Source: Candidatus Cloacimonadales bacterium (GTDB lineage Bacteria > Cloacimonadota > Cloacimonadia > Cloacimonadales > JAFGVF01). Taken from it: a stretch of 64,000 nucleotides of DNA. Shown here piece after piece: positions 56,809 through 64,000 of this stretch. The stretch spans positions 960,001-1,024,000 of the forward strand of contig CAXXJV010000001.1 of the NCBI GenBank assembly GCA_963663475.2, written 5' to 3'. The stretch's first letter is position 1; every line of letters starts with the position of its first letter. The translations under genes and the position numbers were made by a program. A model generated the notes under the pieces. That model was not told where the DNA came from, did no database searches, and saw only the letters and a program-made list of their open reading frames with translations.

Positions 56809-58286
56809 TTTATTATCCTATCATATATTGATAAATCTCTTTGAATTAAAGATTTTTTAGTGTTTTCTTGATTGTATGAATTAGCCTTTTTGATGTTTAG
56901 CAATTTGTATTTTTTGTTTTCTTCATTAACTATACTTTCAATTTTAGTTGCTCTTATATCTTCTAATTTAAGAACTTTGGAAATTATTATTGACCAATTA
57001 AGATGTTTATTATTATTAATAAATTTAAGTAATGCTAAAAGTTGCTCTCTTGGATTTTTGCTGTTGTTTGAAATAAGAGAATCTAGCAAAATGGAGATAT
57101 TAATCTTATTGGGGAATAATGCCTTAATTTCTTCTTTTAATTTCTCAATTGTTTGAGAATAATCGATATAATGACATTGAGATATAATAGGTCTTCTTTT
57201 TTCTTGTGATAATCTGTGAGAAGCAACTTTTTTTCTACTCTTAGTATCTAATATTTCCAAAGAAGTTCCATTCTCTCTTACATATACACTCTTTTGCTGA
57301 TAGAGATAAGGTACAGAATATTTATTTCTTTTCCAGGATATTAATCCTGTTTTATCTACTTTTCTAAGTTCTTCGATATATAAATTATAGGATCTAAGGA
57401 TCTTCTCTTCTTCTTTAAACATATTGCGTGGAGTTTCATTTAAGGAACTGTGAATTCGATTATTAACCTCTTCAAACCAATCTTTTGCTCTAACTCTTAC
57501 TTCTGACAAACCACTAAAAACTTCACCATAAAGAAAATCTTCTTTTACTTCTCTAACTGCTCTTTCAACTAATCCCTTACTCTCAGGATCATAACCCTCA
57601 CAAGAATATGGATTTATTGATAGATTGTTCATAAATTGGAAAAACTTACTATTATAAGTAACCTCTCTATATATTTCTTTGATTACTACTAGTTTTGTTT
57701 GATCATAAATCATTGTCTCTGGTATATATCCGTAATATTCAAAACATTCTTTATGAGCACTAATAAAATCATCTGTATTATATGGCTTAAACTGGAAATG
57801 CACAAAAGTCATTCTTGAATAGCAATATTTAAACACGCAAAAATATATCTTTTTCCGCTCTTTATTTGATAGTTTAATATAACATTCTCCAGGATCTACT
57901 TGCATCTGAATCCCTGGCTTATAACTTACGACTTTGTAATATCTTTTTGTTGGTAGTTCTAAGCTCTCTTTAATTCTTTTAGAAAAATTAAAAAAACCTC
58001 TTTGACTTATCTGTAAATCTTCATAATCTCTCTTAAATATTTTGTATAATTTGCTTAGTCTCATCTTTGGATTTGATGATATTTTCTGAGTTATTGCTTC
58101 TCTGTGAACTTCTAAAACACTCGGTCTTCTAACTTTTGTTAAAAGCTCTTCTACTTCATTATCAGGTACATTTAAATAGCGTAAAACAGTTGTTTTAGAT
58201 ACTTTTAACTGCTTGGCTATATCTCTTACACTATTACCTGCTTTGCTTAACGACTTGATTGCATGATACACTTTGGCTCCTTTCAT
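56805..58286 (-). CDS. istA: IS21 transposase IstA
   Basis: Identical to the 29927..31408 protein. Confidence 0.95.
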   Translation of the reverse strand: MKGAKVYHAIKSLSKAGNSVRDIAKQLKVSKTTVLRYLNVPDNEVEELLTKVRRPSVLEVHREAITQKISSNPKMRLSKLYKIFKRDYEDLQISQRGFFNFSKRIKESLELPTKRYYKVVSYKPGIQMQVDPGECYIKLSNKERKKIYFCVFKYCYSRMTFVHFQFKPYNTDDFISAHKECFEYYGYIPETMIYDQTKLVVIKEIYREVTYNSKFFQFMNNLSINPYSCEGYDPESKGLVERAVREVKEDFLYGEVFSGLSEVRVRAKDWFEEVNNRIHSSLNETPRNMFKEEEKILRSYNLYIEELRKVDKTGLISWKRNKYSVPYLYQQKSVYVRENGTSLEILDTKSRKKVASHRLSQEKRRPIISQCHYIDYSQTIEKLKEEIKALFPNKINISILLDSLISNNSKNPREQLLALLKFINNNKHLNWSIIISKVLKLEDIRATKIESIVNEENKKYKLLNIKKANSYNQENTKKSLIQRDLSIYDRIIK

Positions 58287-58866
58287 ATTGTCTCCAGGAA
58301 TTTTTACTTTTTTACTCCTGAAAACTGTACCAGATTAAACTGCCATTTGTGTACCAGTTTAAACTTCCATCTACAGTCTCTGTGTTAAGGATCTTTTTCT
58401 TCTCTCTTTTTTTGCTTTGAGCAAAAAGTAATTCGTGAAATTCGTCTTAATTCGTGTTAATTTGTGTAAAGAATCTTCCTTCTTAAAACTCTGTGAACTC
58501 TGTGTTAAGAATCTTCTATCTTCTCTCTTTTTTTTGCTTTTAGCAAAAAGTAATTCGTGAAATTCGTGAAATCCGTGGATAGATTATTTCTTTTTACACA
58601 GTCTGCGTCCACCTTCCGATAAAAGAGGCTTCATTGCCTAATTACAGCAATTTTTACTTATAGACATTTGATATTTTTTATTCAAAACCCACTCTACTTT
58701 GCAGAGAGTCTTAAAATTTTATTGCATCACTTGGTTAAAATAAAGGAAACCAAATATCATAAACCAAAAAATAATTGACAGATAATTATTGAATGCACAT
58801 AATAGTTTTTATATAACATAACTACTCTACCCAAGTTAAACTTAGAGCTTTAGTAATGAGGTTAAA

Positions 58867-59475
58867 ATGAGATACTTAAAATATGCTTTCTTAATTGTTT
58901 TATATTATGTTCTCTTTTCTTTTGCAATTCAATATAAGTTAATCGCTAGCAAGATTAACATATCTGACTTATTTCTCTTTATAATGACATTTATATTATT
59001 AAGTATCTTCTACTATTTTTACTTAAATAAAAAGATTAGGTTTTGGCAGGTGTTTGCTCATGAAATATCTCATATGCTATTCGCTCTCCTATTTTTTAGA
59101 AAAATTACCAGTTTTGTAGTTGCAGAGAATTCTGGCACAGTAGCATATCAAGGGAAGGGAAATTGGATAATTACTTTGGCACCCTATACATTTCCCTTAG
59201 TAACGCTAGTTCTTCTTGCCTTTTCAATAATTGGTAATTTCTATACTATTCCTCATAAAATTATAATCACGATTTCTTATTCTCTTTATTTCTTCAGACT
59301 TATCCAAGATTTCTCATGGTCTCAATCTGATGTTGAAAGAGCAGGAAGAGTGTTTTCCACACTCTGGGTACTTGGGATAAATATCGTAATTTTCCTTTTT
59401 ATATTCTTTTATCTTCAAAACAATTTTGATTTCATTCTTAAACTAACAAAGGGATTTATTCCAAAATTCATCTAA
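58867..59475 (+). CDS. M50B-like intramembrane metallopeptidase
   Basis: AHEISH (HExxH) in a hydrophobic segment, LAPY, QSD; multiple TM helices. Confidence 0.75.
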   Translation: MRYLKYAFLIVLYYVLFSFAIQYKLIASKINISDLFLFIMTFILLSIFYYFYLNKKIRFWQVFAHEISHMLFALLFFRKITSFVVAENSGTVAYQGKGNWIITLAPYTFPLVTLVLLAFSIIGNFYTIPHKIIITISYSLYFFRLIQDFSWSQSDVERAGRVFSTLWVLGINIVIFLFIFFYLQNNFDFILKLTKGFIPKFI

Positions 59476-59482
59476 GGAGGAT

Positions 59483-59788
59483 ATGATGAACTATCGTTAC
59501 GATTTAACTTTAGAAGAAACAGGTATTCTTGCCCTGGAAGATTTAGACCTTTTAGCAGAATATAATATCGAGACTCTGGAGCAACTTCTTGGTGCTACAA
59601 ATGGTTTGCAAAATATTGAAATTTTCAATGAGATGGATAATAAAAACCACAAAATTGATTCATTGCTAAAGCTTGTCCCTCAGATAATCTTGGAAAAGTA
59701 CCGGAGATTTGAGGATAAAAAAACTAGAGGCTTATTACTTGATGGGGAAGAAGAAGCAGATTTGGAGGATGATAATGAAAGAGAATGA
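59483..59788 (+). CDS. small acidic hypothetical protein
   Basis: AAGGAGG RBS; overlaps the start of the next gene. Confidence 0.75.
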   Translation: MMNYRYDLTLEETGILALEDLDLLAEYNIETLEQLLGATNGLQNIEIFNEMDNKNHKIDSLLKLVPQIILEKYRRFEDKKTRGLLLDGEEEADLEDDNERE

Positions 59789-61079
59789 TAATGTTTATAA
59801 TTTACTAAGTGAAGTTAATAAAAATAATGCTAGAAAATATGCTAATTCTTTAAAAAAGTATAACATTCATACTATTGGTCAATTATATGGAGCTTTAAAT
59901 CCTCTTCTACCAAAAATTAATGCAGATCAGGTTAAAGAAAAAGCCTTAGCCGCTAATTACTTAAAATCAATTGAAAAAGTAAGTAGTCATGAATATCAAG
60001 TAACTACTTTAAAGAAAATTATTAAAGCTCCTACAGCAGAAATAGATAAAATAAATAAGCTCTTAAATAAGGTTAAACTCCCTGTTAATGCCTTGAAAAA
60101 CAATAAATCAGTTCTATCTTTAGGATGTAAAAATTCAAAATATAACTTTAGGACAAGTTTTTGGTCTCAGAATCCAATTCCCCATGAGAGAGGGCAAGGA
60201 CTTTTCTTAGTTCCTAATTATTCAAATGCTGGAAGTGTCTTTAATCAAGGTCAACGTGGTACATGCGTTGCTAATGCAACTGTTACCCTCCTTGATTATT
60301 TAACTAAAGAAAACTATTCCCGTCAGTTTCTTTACCACCAATGTAAAATGCTTGATGGAAGTCCCAATACGGGAGGAACTTATTTAAAAATTGCAGCAAA
60401 AGTCTTATCCTGGGAAATGCTAAAAGACTACGGTTGTCCAGGTGAAAGAGCTTGGGAATATAACCCTTTTGAAGATTCAACTGAGCATCAAGGACCACCA
60501 CCTGAGAAAAGCTTTCATGGCCAACGATTTGTTGGTAAACAAGTAGCTTATGTAAGAGAAAGCAATTCGATAAAAGATATTATAACCCTCCTATCTGGTA
60601 GCAATGTAGCCAAACCTCTTCCTGTAGTAATTGGTGTTACCCTTTATTCATCATTCAATAATTACTCTTCACAACGAACTGGTTGGATAACTATGCCTTT
60701 ACCAGGAGAAACAATTATTGGTGGACATGCAATGTTAATAGTTGGTTTTGATCAAGAAAAGAAACTCTTCTTGGTCAGAAATAGTTGGGGATATGATTGG
60801 GCTGTAGAAAATGAATGGGGATATCCAGGTCATGCTATAATCCCCTATGCTTATATCAAAAAATACCTCCATGCAGGATTTTCTCTTACTCAGCATGATA
60901 CAGACTACTTTAATCTAGCTGAAAAAGACAGGTTATATAACAAAAAAATAAAGTTGGAATCTGGTCAATTAGCTGCATCAAAAAGAATTTCACCCACACG
61001 AAAAAAGACAAAAAAAACAGTTAAAAAGACTAGTAAAAAGAAAAAGAAAGGATTTTTTGAAAGATTGTTTCATAAATAA
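59775..61079 (+). CDS. papain-like (C1A) cysteine peptidase with N-terminal extension
   Basis: NQGQRGTCVANA (Cys), GGHAM (His), VRNSWG (Asn); start 59775 after GGAGG. Confidence 0.88.
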   Translation: MKENDNVYNLLSEVNKNNARKYANSLKKYNIHTIGQLYGALNPLLPKINADQVKEKALAANYLKSIEKVSSHEYQVTTLKKIIKAPTAEIDKINKLLNKVKLPVNALKNNKSVLSLGCKNSKYNFRTSFWSQNPIPHERGQGLFLVPNYSNAGSVFNQGQRGTCVANATVTLLDYLTKENYSRQFLYHQCKMLDGSPNTGGTYLKIAAKVLSWEMLKDYGCPGERAWEYNPFEDSTEHQGPPPEKSFHGQRFVGKQVAYVRESNSIKDIITLLSGSNVAKPLPVVIGVTLYSSFNNYSSQRTGWITMPLPGETIIGGHAMLIVGFDQEKKLFLVRNSWGYDWAVENEWGYPGHAIIPYAYIKKYLHAGFSLTQHDTDYFNLAEKDRLYNKKIKLESGQLAASKRISPTRKKTKKTVKKTSKKKKKGFFERLFHK

Positions 61080-61498
61080 TAGGGGGAAATTGTTATTAGC
61101 AAATAAAGGATAATTGAGAATTGAGATAACTGGGAACGCTTGCATCTTGAAGGCATAAAAGAGATCTCACACGAAGACACGAAGATGATTTAATGATCTC
61201 AATAATATTGAGCTTAAGAATGAAAAAAATGAAGTTTTCTTATTTCACCAGGGTCATTTCATAGCTTTATTTTGCTTATTTTATCTTTCCAATATTTAGT
61301 TGCTTAAAATAAGAGTCAAGTAAATAAATTAATTTAGTCAATTATTTTAAAACATGTTGCAAAACTTTCTTTTTTTGTTCATTTTTGTATATTATCTAAA
61401 TCTATTTCACTAATATTTTTCTTCTTACAAAAAACCTTGACACATATCTCCCTCTTGCTACAATAATTAAAATATTGTTTAATAAGGAAGCATTCATT

Positions 61499-62614
61499 AT
61501 GAGACCTTTTCTCTTAATAATCATTATTGTTCTAGCGATCTCATCTTTAGCTGGTCAAGCTATCTCAGCAGTCTGGGTATTACCCTGGGATTTAGTTAGA
61601 GAAAGTTCTATAGATTCAGTACTTGCAAATCTCCAAGCAAATGGACAAAATACCCTACTAGCAGAAGTCCGCTACAGGGCAGATGCTATCTACACCCCTA
61701 ATAAAAGAGTCAATGATTATAACAATTTAGATGTTCGTTCTCACATTATGAAGGCTTCTGATTTTGATGCTTTAGAATATCTTTTACAAGAAGCGAGTAA
61801 ATATAATATCAAAGTTCATGCTTGGATAACTACCTTTGTTGTAACAGGACATGATTTATCTAAACTACCTGAAAATCATATTTATTTCAAGCATCCTGAA
61901 TGGATAACAACTGATTTATATGGAAATATAATGCCCTTAACAAGTGCTGAAGGTTACTTCTTAGACCCAGGTATTCCTGAGGTTAGGCAATATACTATGA
62001 ATGTAATAAATGACTTGCTATTAAACTATCCTAAGCTTGCAGGACTTCACTTAGATTATATTCGTTACCCTGGTGAAGATTATGGATTTAATCCTTTAGC
62101 TATAAGAGAATATGAGTCAGACTTCCTAAAATCTACCTATGGTTCTAGAATGCTCTGGAAGGAATCAATCATAACAAACTTTGTTTCCCAAGTTTATAGC
62201 AGAATTAAGGAGCTAAATCCTAGATTAGAGTTAAGTGCTGCTGTGATAGCAGATAAAGTTAAAGGCAGAGCAAAGTATTCGCAGAACTGGCAAGAATGGC
62301 TTGATAAAGGTATTATTGATAAAGTTTATATGATGGCTTATACTAAGGATGATGCAACTTTAGCTCGTCAGCTAGATGATTATACATTACAGGCTCATAA
62401 GGATAAGATTGTTGTTGGTTTAAGGGCATGGGATGATGGACAAACAGTCTATCCTGCTCAAGCAATAACTTCAAAGATTCAACTTTCCAGACAAAGAGCT
62501 TTTAATAATGTAGCACTTTTTAGTTATGGTGGTATCATGGCTAGAAACAACTGGATTAATTTAAGAGATTTTTATGTAAAAGAAAGAGCAAACATTCAAG
62601 AGAAAGAGAGATAA
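61499..62614 (+). CDS. glycoside hydrolase-like family 10 (YddW/DigH-like) secreted protein
   Basis: Signal peptide, KVHAW, HPEW, LDPGIPEVR, GLHLDYIRYP, Q.W..WL..G. Confidence 0.82.
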   Translation: MRPFLLIIIIVLAISSLAGQAISAVWVLPWDLVRESSIDSVLANLQANGQNTLLAEVRYRADAIYTPNKRVNDYNNLDVRSHIMKASDFDALEYLLQEASKYNIKVHAWITTFVVTGHDLSKLPENHIYFKHPEWITTDLYGNIMPLTSAEGYFLDPGIPEVRQYTMNVINDLLLNYPKLAGLHLDYIRYPGEDYGFNPLAIREYESDFLKSTYGSRMLWKESIITNFVSQVYSRIKELNPRLELSAAVIADKVKGRAKYSQNWQEWLDKGIIDKVYMMAYTKDDATLARQLDDYTLQAHKDKIVVGLRAWDDGQTVYPAQAITSKIQLSRQRAFNNVALFSYGGIMARNNWINLRDFYVKERANIQEKER

Positions 62615-62616
62615 AC

Positions 62617-64000
62617 ATGAGAAATAAATTATTTTTAATAGATGGAACAGCCTTAATTTACAGGGCTTACTTTGCCTTTATTCGTAATCCTTTGTTTAAT
62701 AGTAAAGGGCAGAACACTTCTGCCATATATGGTGTTATAAACTCTTTCTTAAAGATTATAGAAGAGTATCAACCTCATTATGTCATGGTTTCTTTTGATC
62801 GTAAAGAAAAGACTTTTAGGCATGAGATGGATGAGAATTATAAGGCTAATCGTCCTCCTATGCCAGATGATTTGGTGGAACAGATTGAACCAGTTAAGCA
62901 GTTTTTCAAACTAATTAATATTCCAGAAATCTCCCTAGCAGGTTATGAAGCTGATGATGTTATTGGAACATTTGCTGAGCATTTCAAAGACCAAGCAGAT
63001 GTTTATATTGTTAGTGGAGATAAGGATTTTGCCCAAATAGTACAGCCTCATGTTTATTTACTTGACCCCTTTAAAAACAAGCTTATGGATGAGGAAGCTG
63101 TTAAAGAAAAATATGGAATTGAGGCAAGTCAGTTTATAAATTATCTAGCAATAGTAGGAGATTCAGCAGATAATATCCCAGGTGTGAAGGGTTTAGGTCC
63201 TAAAGCAGCAGAGAAGCTACTTACTCAGTTCAAAGATCTTGATGATATCTATGCTAATTTGGAAAGTCAGAAAGGGGCTACTCTAAAAAAGCTTAGTGAA
63301 CAGAAAGAAAATGCTTACCAGTCTTATGAATTAGCTAAAATTGATTTACATGTTCCTGTAGAGATTCCTCCTATGACATCTCTTGTCTGCTGTCTAAATA
63401 ATTCTGCTAGCTTGAAAGACTTCTTTGATGATTTTGAGTTAAATAATTTAAAGAAAAAACTAATGGCAGTTATTCCTCTGGAAGAAAGTAGTGATTCTGT
63501 TAGCAAAGATGAAGAAAACAAGACTCAGGATGCTGATAATGATGACTACTATGAACAAGCTTTACTTTTTGAAGATGATAAAGCTCAAGTCAATAAAGCA
63601 AGTAGTCTCAATCAGGATAAAGAACTCGAATTTGAAGCAATTCAGATTAAGTCACTTGACCACTTGCAAACTGTTTTAGATGCTAATGATTCTCAGATTA
63701 TTGCCTTAGACACTGAAACAACTTCTTTAGATACTCAAACTGCTGACCTGGTAGGTATCTCTTTTGCTTATTCAGAACACACAGCTTATTATATCCCTTT
63801 AAATCATTTTGCCTCTGATAATCTTGCTCAGAAAGATATTCTCTCAATTTTAAATAAGTATCTGCAGGATAAAGTGATTATCGGTCATAATCTCAAATAT
63901 GATTTAGAAGTCTTAGAATATCAAGGTTTAATACTCTCAAACTCAGTTTTTGATACTATGATTGCCAGTTTTCTCTTAGATCCTACAAATGATGGTAACT
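62617..64000 (+). CDS. polA: DNA polymerase I (3' truncated by window edge)
   Basis: Read manually from ATG 62617: LFLIDGTALIYRAYFA, YKANRPPMPDDL, GYEADDVIGT, SGDKD, GDSADNIPGVKG, ALDTETTSL, GHNLKYD. Confidence 0.96.
   Translation, partial: MRNKLFLIDGTALIYRAYFAFIRNPLFNSKGQNTSAIYGVINSFLKIIEEYQPHYVMVSFDRKEKTFRHEMDENYKANRPPMPDDLVEQIEPVKQFFKLINIPEISLAGYEADDVIGTFAEHFKDQADVYIVSGDKDFAQIVQPHVYLLDPFKNKLMDEEAVKEKYGIEASQFINYLAIVGDSADNIPGVKGLGPKAAEKLLTQFKDLDDIYANLESQKGATLKKLSEQKENAYQSYELAKIDLHVPVEIPPMTSLVCCLNNSASLKDFFDDFELNNLKKKLMAVIPLEESSDSVSKDEENKTQDADNDDYYEQALLFEDDKAQVNKASSLNQDKELEFEAIQIKSLDHLQTVLDANDSQIIALDTETTSLDTQTADLVGISFAYSEHTAYYIPLNHFASDNLAQKDILSILNKYLQDKVIIGHNLKYDLEVLEYQGLILSNSVFDTMIASFLLDPTNDGN

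Larger units (their letters stand above)
56010..58375 (-). mobile_element. IS21-family insertion sequence, copy 2 (2366 bp, TSD GTCTC)
   Basis: Reverse complement of copy 1 with identical proteins; GTCTC on both flanks. Confidence 0.96.

Noticed and set aside
29838-58375. Composite transposon or IS-mediated inversion
   Set aside because: Each IS has its own matching TSD, and the enclosed genes are core housekeeping genes

Overview
AT-rich bacterial chromosome segment from an anaerobe, most plausibly FCB group / Candidatus Cloacimonadota. That assignment is an inference from gene content (PorX-tsaE linkage, Rnf, BamA, EIIA-fused transporters) and needs a 16S search. Contents from left to right: a TPP-riboswitch thiamine operon (thi4-thiE-thiC); a wHTH regulator with TPR paralogues; transporters fused to PTS EIIA; rpmB; an rseP-tgt-...-panB-porX-tsaE cluster; a 1 kb palindromic repeat array; a complete rrn operon (16S, tRNA-Ile, tRNA-Ala, 23S with a ~250 nt intervening sequence, 5S); bamA, a radical SAM gene, ispD and an atypical glmS; hflX; malic enzyme; an SGNH/MBOAT O-acetylation pair; hsp20 with a CIRCE-like operator; a lipid module; rnfCDGEAB; a three-gene protease operon; a GHL10 hydrolase; and partial polA. 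Two apparently identical IS21-family copies lie in inverted orientation, each with its own 5 bp target duplication. The most notable unannotated signals are: (1) an operon of an M50-like protease, a small protein and a papain-like protease, in which the small protein resembles the protease N-terminus; (2) a leader-peptide attenuator with a K-L-R motif upstream of hflX; (3) an apparent non-canonical ATC/ATT start for tgt; (4) the 23S IVS; (5) GlmS with a 23-aa extension before its catalytic Cys; (6) several REP/MITE-like repeat families.
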